Below, piece by piece: positions 12,301-33,359 of a DNA stretch of 64,000 nucleotides. The translations under genes and the position numbers were made by a program. How positions within the stretch are numbered: the first letter of the stretch is position 1; every line of letters begins with the position of its first letter. Source of the DNA: Octopus vulgaris (taxonomy: Eukaryota); contig OX597817.1 of the NCBI GenBank assembly GCA_951406725.2, forward strand, positions 101,122,001 through 101,186,000, given 5' to 3'. Below the pieces are notes generated by a model. It worked only from the letters and a program-made list of their open reading frames with translations. It ran no database searches and was not told the origin of the DNA.

Positions 12301-13260
12301 CATCAAGTTGTACCTCGAAATAAAGAGGTCAGATCCTGTACACTATAGATCTCTATTGCAAGCAGACCGGGACACAATGCAGCAGTGGATCATGGACTGG
12401 CAACTCAAGCTGGCTGTGGATAAATGTACCACTATGCATTTTGGGAGGAGAAACCCAGCGCCCACTTACTCCCTCCACAACACTAATCTCAAAAAGTCTT
12501 CGTGTGAACGTGACCTGGGTGTTATTGTCGACAGCGATTTGCGTTGGACAAAACACATTTCTAAAATTGCCAAGAAGGCTGAGGGTGTCTTGGCATCACT
12601 CATCAAATCCTTTGTGAGCCGCTCTCCGGCTATCTATCTGCGGCTTTATATAGCTATGGTAAGACCTCACCTGGAATTTGCATCACCGGTCTGGAACCCC
12701 TATCTTGCCCAGGATATTAATCGTCTGGAAGCCGTTCAGCAACGTGCAACCAAAAGAATACCCTCCATCGGGCATTTGCCATATTCTGAACGCCTTACTT
12801 CCCTGGGCATGGACACATTGAAACTCCGACGTCTGGCAGCTGACTTGGCAGACATCCATAAAATTATTAACCATCTTACAAACAATAACTGTGAGCACCT
12901 TTTCAAACTCCACCCGTCTAACACCCGTGGACATATTTACAAAGTCAGAAAACAGCACAGCTCCCATGACTTTAGGAAACATTTTTTCACGCTGAGAGTT
13001 GCTGAAGCATGGAACAAACTGCCAGCATCAGTTGTTAGTTGTCGGAGCACTGCATCCTTCAAAACGTCCATGCTTTTTGAGATTCGCCAACACTACACCT
13101 GATTTTCTCCCCTCCATACACACACAAGCATGTATCTGACTCATACATTGTTCGCTTTCCAGACATTTGTACATTACTGCATATACTTTATACGCACTTT
13201 CTGACAAGTTGTGGTGCACCTGAGCACTGTATACAATAATTTCATTATTATTATTATTAT
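9366..13260 (+). mobile_element. Near full-length CR1/Jockey-group LINE (ORF1 remnant + APE-RT ORF2), frameshifted
   Basis: ORF1-like FRLG...PRLI; APE motifs GGGVMVYVR, YRP, GDFN, LDLLLT, SDH; RT motifs LDFSKAF, SGVPQGSVLGPLLF, YADD; (ATT)n 3' tail; (CT)n immediately upstream. Confidence 0.88.
12011..13102 (+). pseudogene. LINE ORF2 reverse transcriptase C-terminal segment (open 363 aa)
   Basis: YLDFSKAF, GVPQGSVLGP, KYADD, VRPHLEFASPVWNP, WNKLP. Confidence 0.88.
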
Positions 13261-13861
13261 GTACGAACATTTAATTTTCTGCGGAATTAAATCTTTATTT
13301 CTTGAAACCATCTCTTCATTTATGTAGGAGATACTAACATGACATTAGGTTTTTATATATTCTTTTCCAATTTATGAGGCAAACTTCAATAAATTATTAT
13401 TTTTTACATGCGTCATTCCATACATCATTACTTACATGAAATATTTGATACAAGTCCGAGTTATCTAATTTACCTAAATTCAAATGCATGGCTCTAAAAA
13501 TTGTCATGATATCAGTTCTCCAGTTTGTGACCAAGAAAAAATGGCAGCTTTTAATTTTATTACAGCAAACACTAGAAACGTATTTGTGTTACCTTATATA
13601 TTTGGAAAGAAGTTTATAACGAGAGTCACTGTATTTCAAAAAGAGCAATAAATCTATCTTACTATACAAAATGACATGGTTGACCTTTACCATTAACTTA
13701 TGGAATTTTTATATAGCCAACGGAAATGTTATATATGATTGTTTTTTTCAATTAGAACACAGTAATTGTATTTGTGTTAAGTTACAAATATTAGTTGACA
13801 ATTTCATGTTTTCTTCCATACAATTATACAGAATCTGCAAAATTAAGAAAATATACACACG

Positions 13862-14285
<424 letters not shown>

Positions 14286-14679
14286 ACACGGCAAGGCGTA
14301 TTTCGCGATTCAATAAACAATATCTAGGCATATGCTGCGCATAGAAACTTTTGCATTGTGAATATTTTAGCATAAATGATTAAATTATTTACTCTATCTG
14401 ATTTTCAAAATATATCTATATAACGGTACTACATCAATTTTGTTTATTTTTGTAATTACATACTTTTCTTTAAACTCCATCTCATGTATGTAATTTGAAT
14501 AGCAGGAACTTTGATATTCCATGTAAAAGGGGACCTAATATCACGTTTCAAATCGTGGAGGGATACCTATCCAATCATGAATATTAGAGATACAATTTTT
14601 GAGTTGACACAAAAATGAAAAGAATTAATGCAAAGAACGGAATAAACATAATATATGCATGAATACAAAACTGTTTACC

Positions 14680-15050
14680 TAGCTGTGTAGTAAGAAGCTT
14701 GCTTCCCATCAATATAGTTCCGTGTTCAGTCCCACTGCGGGGCACCTTGAATAAGTATATTCTACTATAGTCTCAGGCAGACCAAAGCCGTATGAGTGGA
14801 TTTGGTAGACGGAAACTGAAAGAAGACCGTCGTATGTGTATATATATATTTGGGGTGGGGTGTTTGTCTCCTACCGCCGCTTGGCAACCGGTGCTGGTTT
14901 GTTTATGTCTTCGTAGCCTAGCGGTTTGGCAAAATGGACCACTGATTGAATAAGTACTAAGCATTAAAAAATAAGTCCTAGGGTCGACTAAAACCTTCAA
15001 GGTGGTGCCCCAGTATGGCCACAGTCAAATGACTGAAACAAGAGAAAGAT
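14680..15050 (+). mobile_element. tRNA-derived SINE (family 1)
   Basis: gttcagtcccactgc..caccttg; ggatttggtagacggaaactgaaagaag; tail ggtgccccag.atggcc.cagtcaaatgactgaaac; homologous copies at ~42 kb and ~57 kb. Confidence 0.8.
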
Positions 15051-15521
15051 ACAAGATGTACGTGGACACGAATTTGTCTTGCAGGCCTGTTTAAGAACGT
15101 CTAAAAGGTTAAAATAGTTACGGTATAAATTCAGATTTAATTGATGTATTTTATTTTTTAAATACTGAGTCAGAAAGCTAGATCTTGTGTCCACGTATAT
15201 ATTACATTCGTTCCTGTCCATTCTTGCATTCCAGTTATTTTAAGTCGATCCACAGAATACCTGAATTTGTATAGAAAATATTCTGTAGTTTAGTGTACGT
15301 CCGGTTGATGAGTGAGCTATAACTGTAACACAGACATAATTAAATCTCTTCAAGAGGAATTATTAAGTTAGTCATATCCTGGGCCAATTCTGGCCGAAAC
15401 CAATCGAAGTAACTTAGATTATACAGACTAGAAGATAAAATATCGAACGCAGTGTAGCTGCGAAAACAGCAGAAAAATCGAGTGTTAATAACCTTATAGG
15501 ACGGAAAAAAGAACAGTCGTT

Positions 15522-15590
15522 GATAGCCGCGTGACTCGAACCCGCGCCCGTTGGAAATCAGTTGAGTACTCTACCATTAAGCTAAACTGA
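15522..15590 (-). pseudogene. tRNA-like relic / SINE head
   Basis: Minus strand TAGCTTAATGGTAGAG (A box) ... GGGTTCGAGTC (B box); no convincing cloverleaf. Confidence 0.45.
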
Positions 15591-18309
15591 TAAATGACAA
15601 CAACCTCCATCAGCGCTAAATACATAGTTTTTTTTTTGGAATGCAACAACATATGTAAACAAACTTTTATTTTGTTTTTAGAAGCGTCGAAAATGTATCG
15701 TATAAAACGGAAAGATCGAGTATTATTACCCTTACAATAATACTCCATCTTTGTGCTTGAGTTCGAAATATTAGCTTCTTGTCTTTTCTTGTGAACTTTC
15801 TTAGTTTACATTGAACCAGGTTTCAAAACGATATGTTACGGCTTGGTTTTAAATTCATTTTAGTAGTATTTGATTGAGTCATCCTTTCTATTTCATTCAG
15901 ATAGACTTCGCTATTTCAAATTTCTTTTTGAGTATTTTCGTTGAGAAATACCTAGTAATGGGACGAGTAAAGACATGTTGGATGAAAGAAATTTCTTCCA
16001 GTATATACCTGTGTGTGTATGTGTGTTTGTGTTTTTGAGTACAAATGTGCGCGCGTGTGAGCACGTGTGTGTGTGTGGTTGTTGTAACAATTTTACTAGG
16101 AAACCAGATCAACATCGAGGATGCCACGTAATTTCACAATTAGGTAAAATTGATTCATTAACGGAAACAAACGTTTCTTTTAGCTTGTTTTCTTATAATA
16201 ATATGACTCAGTATATAGTGTTATAAAGACCATACATTCTTGATGTCATTATTCCTTACAGATTATATCACTTAGTCAAATTAAAATTCCAAAGAAATAT
16301 GCAATCAAAGAGATGAAAAATATAAAATATTGAAATGTAATATTAAAATGATTCGTCTTACATTAATCCAAAAACAAAACTGATTCTAAATCTGAAATGT
16401 TGCTGTACTTTCTGAAAACATTCTTTCACATTTCATTATTCCTTCCATTATTCCTAGTCAGAAGCTTTAAAATTGGAGATTCAATTATTGCCATTTTGGA
16501 GTAAAACGGTGAAACCAGCAGTATGACGTTCTATTGTGAAAGAGAAATATTTTAATTGAAGATATTATTTTAACCCGGAGTCTAAATTCCTAGGTTTTCA
16601 AAATACTGTCAAGGGAAGACCACTTTAAAATGAATGTAATTTGAAGTGACTGACGCATAACATCAAATCCTTAGAGATAAGATAATGATTAATTGCACAG
16701 TAATCAACGATCGACCAGGGATTGTGATTAATGAAAAAACGCCATTTTCTTTTGATGAAATATTGACTGGGCACAATGACAATTATTATTTTTCTTTTAG
16801 TTGAGGGTAGTTGATTGACATAACACCAACATATTATAGTTATTATTTCATTGACAGTCAAAAAAAGTAAGACCTCGTCAGGGACCATCGAAATGTATGA
16901 GAAAGCTACATAAAAACTCCTACAGTAATCCCATTTTTCAGTCAACACTTACCTTATCAGCTGTAACGAGTGAATATGAAAAAATATATTGGTTTTAGAA
17001 ATATTTTCTATTAAATATATTTGAAGAAGAGCTAAAAACATTTTTATTACAAAACTTAAACCATTTTACACACAACTTGCCATCAATCGATATAATTTTC
17101 TATAATAAGGCGCCGTTGCTTCTAGATAACAGTTTCTTTAAAGATTTTTCTAAATTACTATTATGCATAAATTGAAGGAAATTAATTGTTGTCAAAATGT
17201 GATTGCTTTATTAACTTTAGCGTAGTGAAATTTTGTTTCTTTTAAACTTAAATATCATGTAAATCGCAAAAGAAATCATGACTATTCATTTAATTTCATT
17301 TGTTATTGCAAAGAAAGGATTTCACTTCCTAAAAGTTGCAAAGGACTATTCAGTCGCGATCATAATTGTATCATTTATTTCATTTGGCAACAAAGTTTTC
17401 TAAGAATGAAGCATTATTAATGTCTTGTTGATTATAAGCCAGTATCTGCTTGAGATGCTGGTTGACTACCTCAGTAGAATGGATCGTAACAGAAATCGAA
17501 AATGATTGGAAAAAAAACTACTATCATTAGAACTTGATAAATTGTACAGAAAAAGGATGATGCTGAAAATCCGAAAGTAATAATCGAATGTTTATCTTAA
17601 AAAATAAAGAAAACAAAGTGAGTCGCAAATAATTCAAATAAACACTGATTAGTACAGATCAAGTTAGCTTGCAACGATATATACTTGTGTGTTTGAAACT
17701 TTGCACATAAATTTGATTTCACTTTCGTTCTCTCAATAAAACATAAAACAAAACAAAGCAACTTGTATCTTTGTTTAAGGGCTAGTAGTCGCAGACACCA
17801 AAACAGATAATTTTAAGCATACAAATAGATTTTCTCTTATTAAATATAACTAAAACACGCTTTTATATACAAGTGCGCACACACAAAAATGGCGTGACTA
17901 CACCTATTCATTCTCCAAGTGTCTCATATGAGACTAATTTTGTCATAATCATATTTTTTTAAATAAAGGCGTCTGATATGATTTTAAGTATTGAGTACTT
18001 TGCTCCAGATTGATATTTTTTCCCTTGAATTCTTTTGCACGGAAAAATATCGCAATATCGGGAATCTATCTCCCTCTTTCTCTCTCCATGTTATATACAT
18101 ACATATATACATGCATACATACATACATAAGTGTGTGTATGGATGTATGCATGCATTACATATACCAGAATATATGAGGAGTCAGACTTTTCGCACATAA
18201 ATACTCCCTCAGACGACAAATTTAGTTAAATGTGGAAACGTTGCCGAATAATAATAATGATGATGATGATGAGGAGGAGGAGGAGGAGGGGGATAATTTC
18301 TAAAAAATG

Positions 18310-19470
18310 AAGAAACAAATTAACCAAAAACTTATAGACCCATAACCTACTTAACAATGTATAAAATACTAATATCTCTCTCGACTGGATAAACATTTTT
18401 TTTTTAATAGAATGTGGCATATTTCCTAATGAGCGAAAAAGATGTAAACGTAGGTTCTATGGTTGTAAAGGTCAGCTACTCATCAATAAGATCGTCACAA
18501 ATTACACAAAAATTTGTCGAAAGCCTTGTTAGACTATAAAAATGCTTTTGATAGTCTACCATATAGCTGGATTAAGAAATGTCCGGAAATGTATAAAATA
18601 GATCCTACTCTGCGAAAAGTTTTGCCTGTATGTATGAGATAATGGAGAACCACACTGACTTTGAACTGTGGCAATGAATTTCTCAATACTGGAGATGTAA
18701 GAATTTCATGTGGCATTTTCCAGAGTAACTCTCTATCGCCACTCCTCTTTTGTCTAGCCTTAATGCCTCTCTCGAAATTGCTCGATGATGTACAGTACGG
18801 ATACAAAATGTTTGATAAAAATATATATCATCTCATTTACATGATTTAAAGATCTTTGCAAAAAACGACCATCAACTCAAGGGCTTACTAGCGATTGTTA
18901 AACAATTCAGTGATGACATAAGAATGCAATTTGGCGTCGACAAATGGGGAAATGACAGAAATATCCAATATTAATCTTGACCAGCAGAATGTCATAAAGG
19001 AGTTCGAACCGACGGAGAGCTACAAATACCTAGGAATATTTGAAGGTGATGGAATCAAACATTCAGCGATGGGGGAAAGGATCAGAAGAGAATGTTATCG
19101 TAGGGTAAGGGCAGGATCGAAGCGATCAATACTTTAGCCATACCGATCGTGACTTAAAGTTTCAATACCATTAACTGGTCAATTACTAAAATATGTAATC
19201 ATGGCAGAAAAATGCAAAATTTGTTGACAATGCATAGAATGCACCACCCTAAGGCAGATACAAAACGACTTTATCTGCCAGAAAAAGAAGGAGAGCGTGG
19301 ACTGGCATTAACAATGAAGATTGCCACAATTGGCCTAGACACCTACCTGAAAAACTCTGAGGACTGAATGTTAAAACTTGTCTTATTGCATGAAAGCTAA
19401 AAAGCATCATACTCAGTAACAAAACAGGCAAAAGAATATCTAAGTGAATTCCAAATGCAACAAATCCCAG
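18310..19470 (+). mobile_element. Old R4/Dong-type RLE non-LTR fragment (family A), RT region
   Basis: FPNE.K.C..GSYGCK.QLLINK, DYKNAFDSLP, GIFQ..SLSPLLFCLAL, YKYLG, MHHPKAD; preceded by an (AAT)(GAT)(GAG) tract. Confidence 0.75.
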
Positions 19471-19472
19471 AA

Positions 19473-21902
19473 TAGAGATCAATACAGCACCAACAGCAGA
19501 AGTGGAAGAATTTTGGAAAGAAATATTGTTGGCGAAGGTACAACCCAAGAAAAGATCTATCAAAACAACGAACACAGCACTTGAAAAAGGCACCCGAGCA
19601 TAACAAGATCCCCAACTTCTGGTTAAAATAGTTAAAAAGAACACGTTAAAAGATGACTGAGAAATTTAATGAAATACTAGCAGAACCAGAGACAATGCCT
19701 GAATGGCTCATAGAAGGGGAAATTATCCTAATTAACAAATCCACTGAAACGGCAAACCCACAAAATTACAGACCGATAAATTGTCTCCCTACAATTTGCC
19801 TTTATTGCAATAATATTGCACAGAATCGGCAAACGTCTGAAAGAAAACAGCCTGTTTTCTTTCAGATGAGCAGAAGAGATGCTGCAACGGCTCATTCGGC
19901 TGTAAAGATCAGCAACTGATCAATAAAGCTATAACTGAAGAGAGCCGCAGAAAAAAGAAGGGTCTAAGTATGGCCTGGATCGATTACCGAAAGGCTGTTG
20001 ATAGAATTCCCCACACATGAATCCGAGAAACACTAGCCATGAACAAGGTAGCACCAATAATCATAAAGCATATAAAAAAATTCCATGAATAAATAGTATA
20101 CAGTGCTACAGCTTCAGACAAAAGAGGGAATCATAAAAATCAAAGCCATTCCTATTAGAAGAGGAATATTCTAGGGTTACACGCTCTCTCCAATCCTTTT
20201 CTGCTTGGCACTGACACCATTATCTGATATGCTAAACAGAACTGGATGTGGATACAACTGTCACGGCAAAACAATCAATCATCTCTTGTATATGGATGAT
20301 CTAAAACTGTATGCAGCTGGCAACATTACTACAGACAGTGCATAGATTTACCAAAGAAATGAACATGAAATTTTGCGTAGAAAAGTGTGCCAAAGCAACC
20401 TTAAAAAGAGGAAAACCAGTTAAGAGTAACAACATCACACTAGATAAAGCAAATGAAATAAGAGAATTCGACCAAAGCCTGACGTACGAATACTTAGGAA
20501 TCAATGAACTAGATACGATACAACACACACAAATGGAAGAGAAGCTAAAAAAGGAATGCTATATACGAGTCAGATTAATACTTAAACAGAGCTCAATAGA
20601 AAAAACAAGATATTAGGTATCAACACTCTAGTCGTCCCAGTTATAAGTTACAGCTACAGTATACTTAACTGGACTCGAAATGAACTAATCAAAACAGACA
20701 GGAAAACGAAAAATAATGACAGAATTTAGGATGCACCACCCAAAATCTGACATAGAAAGGGTACATATATACAACGTATCGAAGGTAGTAGAAGCCTTAT
20801 ACAGCTAGAAAACTATTACACAATAAGCATTATAGGACTACAGAAGTGCCTACTTCAAAAGCAAGGAAAACTACTAACATAGTCACAAAACACAAACAAA
20901 ACAAAAAAAACTGTTTGCAGTCTTTAAGGAAGCTGAGAAATACAAAAAAGAAGTCATAGTACCTAATAACAATGAAGAAAAAGAAGAAACAACAACATCA
21001 GTAAAACAACTCAAATCCAAACTAGAATTGGAACAGTAACGGATCATGATAAAACGATGGCAAGAATAGCCTCTTCATAGCAAATATTGGGTTAAACTAT
21101 AGAGAAAGGAAATCGACAAAACAAAATCCCAACAATGTCAGACGTTCAGGACTCAAAAGAGAGACTGAAGGATCTTTAATTGCAGCACAAGATCACAGCC
21201 TTCCCACCAGAAATCACCAAAAACATGTAGTGAAAATAAATTAAAGTAACTGCGGAATATATAGTGATGGAGAAGAAACAATAAATCATATTATCTTTGG
21301 CTGTCCAGTCCTGGCTAAGAAGGAAACGACAGAGTTGAGAGAAACGACAGAGTTGGGACCTACATACACTGGAAACTATGCCAACACTATGGAAGAACAA
21401 CAGAAAAAAGATGGTATTGGCACACGCCAAAAAACGTTACAGGAAATGAGAAAGCAACCATGTTCTGGGACATGCCAATACACACGGATAGAGAAATTAA
21501 GGCCAATAGACCGGATATAGTTGTCAGAAATCACCAAGAAAAAAATGCTTTCCATTCGACGTAACAATACCAATAGTTAACAATGTTTCTCTAAAGGAAA
21601 CGGAAAAACTTTCAAAATACAAAGATCTGGAAATAGAGGTAACTCGAATGCGGAGCCTAAAAAACAGAAACAATTCCTATCATAGTAGGCGCATTAGGTA
21701 TGATAAGAAAAACACATTCAGACAAATAGGTAACAAAAACATCAGGACTAACAAGAATATATAGCCTACAGAAAATAGCACTACCAGACACCGCACATAT
21801 CCTACGTAAAACACTTTCAATACAGTAAAAATAAGAGCACACAAGCACACAGAGCTGCCGTCGGTAGTGCATTGAAAGCACGTGATAAAAATAAGACTAC
21901 TG
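19473..21902 (+). mobile_element. Older degraded copy of R4/Dong-type family B with 3'UTR
   Basis: Colinear with 22880-25455; many stops; ends ...ctactg followed by (AAC/AAT)n at 21903-21973. Confidence 0.85.
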
Positions 21903-21941
21903 AACAACAACAACAACAACAACAACAGCAACAACAACAAC

Positions 21942-25554
<3,613 letters not shown>

Positions 25555-25567
25555 GATAATGATAATG

Positions 25568-25717
<150 letters not shown>

Positions 25718-25800
25718 TTAATAGAACAACAGAAAAAAGATGGTATAGGCACACACCAGAAAAGGTCACAGAAAACGAGAAAGCAACCATACTCTGGGAT

Positions 25801-26154
25801 ATGCCGATACACACAGATAGAGAAATTAAGGCCAACAGACCAGATATAGTTGTCAGAGATCATGAAGAAAAAAAATGCTTTTTAATTGATGTATCAATAC
25901 CGGCAGATGACAACGTGTCTCTAAAAGAAATGGAGAAACTCTCAAAATACAAAGACCTGGAAATAGAGGTAACTAGAATGTGGAATCTGAAAACAGAAAC
26001 AATTCCTATCATAGTAGGTGCATTAGGCATGATAAAAAAATATTCAGACAAATACATAACAAAAACACCAGGACTTACAAACACATATAACATACAGAAA
26101 ATTGCACTACTAGGCACTGCCCACATCCTACGCAGAACACTTTCCATACAATAA
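25801..26154 (+). pseudogene. Isolated RLE PD-(D/E)xK endonuclease C-terminal ORF, 117 aa (unit 1)
   Basis: NRPDIVV..LIDVSIP..EKLSKY.DL..IIVGALG; lacks RT and zinc knuckle. Confidence 0.7.
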
Positions 26155-26254
26155 CCATCAGAGCATCACAACAAATCACAGCACATACCCAAGGCACACA
26201 GAGCTGCGCTCGGTAGTGAAGTGAAAGCACGCTATAAAAATAAAAATAAAACAA

Positions 26255-26501
<247 letters not shown>

Positions 26502-27031
26502 GAACAACAGAAAAAAGATGGTATAGGCACACACCAGAAAAGGTCACAGAAAACGAGAAAGCAACCATACTCTGGGATATGCCGATACACACAGATAGAG
26601 AAATTAAGGCCAACAGACCAGATATAGTTGTCAGAGATCATGAAGAAAAAAATGCTTTTTAATTGATGTATCAATACCGGCAGATGACAACGTGTCTCTA
26701 AAAGAAATGGAGAAACTCTCAAAATACAAAGACCTGGAAATAGAGGTAACTAGAATGTGGAATCTGAAAACAGAAACAATTCCTATCATAGTAGGTGCAT
26801 TAGGCATGATAAAAAAATATTCAGACAAATACATAACAAAAACACCAGGACTTACAAACACATATAACATACAGAAAATTGCACTACTAGGCACTGCCCA
26901 CATCCTACGCAGAACACTTTCCATACAATAACCATCAGAGCATCACAACAAATCACAGCACATACCCAAGGCACACAGAGCTGCGCTCGGTAGTGAAGTG
27001 AAAGCACGCTATAAAAATAAAAATAAAACTA

Positions 27032-27335
<304 letters not shown>

Positions 27336-27412
27336 GAACAACAGAAAAAAGATGGTATAGGCACACACCAGAAAAGGTCACAGAAAACGAGAAAGCAACC
27401 ATACTCTGGGAT

Positions 27413-27766
27413 ATGCCGATACACACAGATAGAGAAATTAAGGCCAACAGACCAGATATAGTTGTCAGAGATCATGAAGAAAAAAAATGCTTTTTAATTG
27501 ATGTATCAATACCGGCAGATGACAACGTGTCTCTAAAAGAAATGGAGAAACTCTCAAAATACAAAGACCTGGAAATAGAGGTAACTAGAATGTGGAATCT
27601 GAAAACAGAAACAATTCCTATCATAGTAGGTGCATTAGGCATGATAAAAAAATATTCAGACAAATACATAACAAAAACACCAGGACTTACAAACACATAT
27701 AACATACAGAAAATTGCACTACTAGGCACTGCCCACATCCTACGCAGAACACTTTCCATACAATAA
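27413..27766 (+). pseudogene. RLE endonuclease C-terminal ORF (unit 3)
   Basis: Identical protein to unit 1. Confidence 0.7.
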
Positions 27767-27866
27767 CCATCAGAGCATCACAACAAATCACAGCACATAC
27801 CCAAGGCACACAGAGCTGCGCTCGGTAGTGAAGTGAAAGCACGCTATAAAAATAAAAATAAAACTA

Positions 27867-28142
<276 letters not shown>

Positions 28143-28219
28143 GAACAACAGAAAAAAGATGGTATAGGCACACACCAGAAAAGGTCACAGAAAACGAGAA
28201 AGCAACCATACTCTGGGAT

Positions 28220-28573
28220 ATGCCGATACACACAGATAGAGAAATTAAGGCCAACAGACCAGATATAGTTGTCAGAGATCATGAAGAAAAAAAATGCTTT
28301 TTAATTGATGTATCAATACCGGCAGATGACAACGTGTCTCTAAAAGAAATGGAGAAACTCTCAAAATACAAAGACCTGGAAATAGAGGTAACTAGAATGT
28401 GGAATCTGAAAACAGAAACAATTCCTATCATAGTAGGTGCATTAGGCATGATAAACAAATATTCAGACAAATACATAACAAAAACACCAGGACTTACAAA
28501 CACATATAACATACAGAAAATTGCACTACTAGGCACTGCCCACATCCTACGCAGAACACTTTCCATACAATAA
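28220..28573 (+). pseudogene. RLE endonuclease C-terminal ORF (unit 4)
   Basis: One K>N change, shared with unit 6. Confidence 0.7.
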
Positions 28574-28673
28574 CCATCAGAGCATCACAACAAATCACAG
28601 CACATACCCAAGGCACACAGAGCTGCGCTCGGTAGTGAAGTGAAAGCACGCTATAAAAATAAAAATAAAACTA

Positions 28674-28928
<255 letters not shown>

Positions 28929-29458
28929 GAACAACAGAAAAAAGATGGTATAGGCACACACCAGAAAAGGTCACAGAAAACGAGAAAGCAACCATACTCT
29001 GGGATATGCCGATACACACAGATAGAGAAATTAAGGCCAACAGACCAGATATAGTTGTCAGAGATCATGAAGAAAAAAATGCTTTTTAATTGATGTATCA
29101 ATACCGGCAGATGACAACGTGTCTCTAAAAGAAATGGAGAAACTCTCAAAATACAAAGACCTGGAAATAGAGGTAACTAGAATGTGGAATCTGAAAACAG
29201 AAACAATTCCTATCATAGTAGGTGCATTAGGCATGATAAAAAAATATTCAGACAAATACATAACAAAAACACCAGGACTTACAAACACATATAACATACA
29301 GAAAATTGCACTACTAGGCACTGCCCACATCCTACGCAGAACACTTTCCATACAATAACCATCAGAGCATCACAACAAATCACAGCACATACCCAAGGCA
29401 CACAGAGCTGCGCTCGGTAGTGAAGTGAAAGCACGCTATAAAAATAAAAATAAAACTA

Positions 29459-29738
<280 letters not shown>

Positions 29739-29817
29739 GAGAACAACAGAAAAAAGATGGTATAGGCACACACCAGAAAAGGTCACAGAAAACGAGAAAG
29801 CAACCATACTCTGGGAT

Positions 29818-30171
29818 ATGCCGATACACACAGATAGAGAAATTAAGGCCAACAGACCAGATATAGTTGTCAGAGATCATGAAGAAAAAAAATGCTTTTT
29901 AATTGATGTATCAATACCGGCAGATGACGACGTGTCTCTAAAAGAAATGGAGAAACTCTCAAAATACAAAGACCTGGAAATAGAGGTAACTAGAATGTGG
30001 AATCTGAAAACAGAAACAATTCCTATCATAGTAGGTGCATTAGGCATGATAAACAAATATTCAGACAAATACATAACAAAAACACCAGGACTTACAAACA
30101 CATATAACATACAGAAAATTGCACTACTAGGCACTGCCCACATCCTACGCAGAACACTTTCCATACAATAA
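29818..30171 (+). pseudogene. RLE endonuclease C-terminal ORF (unit 6)
   Basis: K>N and N>D changes. Confidence 0.7.
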
Positions 30172-30271
30172 CCATCAGAGCATCACAACAAATCACAGCA
30201 CATACCCAAGGCACACAGAGCTGCGCTCGGTAGTGAAGTGAAAGCACGCTATAAAAATAAAAATAAAACTA

Positions 30272-30485
<214 letters not shown>

Positions 30486-31016
30486 GAACAACAGAAAAAA
30501 GATGGTATAGGCACACACCAGAAAAGGTCACAGAAAACGAGAAAGCAACCATACTCTGGGATATGCCGATACACACAGATAGAGAAATTAAGGCCAACAG
30601 ACCAGATATAGTTGTCAGAGATCATGAAGAAAAAAAATGCTTTTTAATTGATGTATCAATACCGGCAGATGACAACGTGTCTCTAAAAGAAATGGAGAAA
30701 CTCTCAAAATACAAAGACCTGGAAATAGAGGTAACTAGAATGTGGAATCTGAAAACAGAAACAATTCCTATCATAGTAGGTGCATAAGGCATGATAAAAA
30801 AATATTCAGACAAATACATAACAAAAACACCAGGACTTACAAACACATATAACATACAGAAAATTGCACTACTAGGCACTGCCCACATCCTACGCAGAAC
30901 ACTTTCCATACAATAACCATCAGAGCATCACAACAAATCACAGCACATACCCAAGGCACACAGAGCTGCGCTCGGTAGTGAAGTGAAAGCACGCTATAAA
31001 AATAAAAATAAAACTA

Positions 31017-31369
<353 letters not shown>

Positions 31370-31446
31370 GAACAACAGAAAAAAGATGGTATAGGCACAC
31401 ACCAGAAAAGGTCACAGAAAACGAGAAAGCAACCATACTCTGGGAT

Positions 31447-31800
31447 ATGCCGATACACACAGATAGAGAAATTAAGGCCAACAGACCAGATATAGTTGTC
31501 AGAGATCATGAAGAAAAAAAATGCTTTTTAATTGATGTATCAATACCGGCAGATGACAACGTGTCTCTAAAAGAAATGGAGAAACTCTCAAAATACAAAG
31601 ACCTGGAAATAGAGGTAACTAGAATGTGGAATCTGAAAACAGAAACAATTCCTATCATAGTAGGTGCATTAGGCATGATAAAAAAATATTCAGACAAATA
31701 CATAACAAAAACACCAGGACTTACAAACACATATAACATACAGAAAATTGCACTACTAGGCACTGCCCACATCCTACGCAGAACACTTTCCATACAATAA
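31447..31800 (+). pseudogene. RLE endonuclease C-terminal ORF (unit 8)
   Basis: Identical protein to unit 1. Confidence 0.7.
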
Positions 31801-31901
31801 CCATCAGAGCATCACAACAAATCACAGCACATACCCAAGGCACACAGAGCTGCGCTCGGTAGTGAAGTGAAAGCACGCTATAAAAATAAAAATAAAACTA
31901 C

Positions 31902-33310
<1,409 letters not shown>

Positions 33311-33317
33311 CAACAAC

Positions 33318-33359
<42 letters not shown>

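Noticed and set aside
16625-16965. 107-aa minus-strand ORF and a possible ttacag/gtaagt micro-exon
   Set aside because: No protein motif; such splice-like words occur by chance; cannot be supported without transcripts
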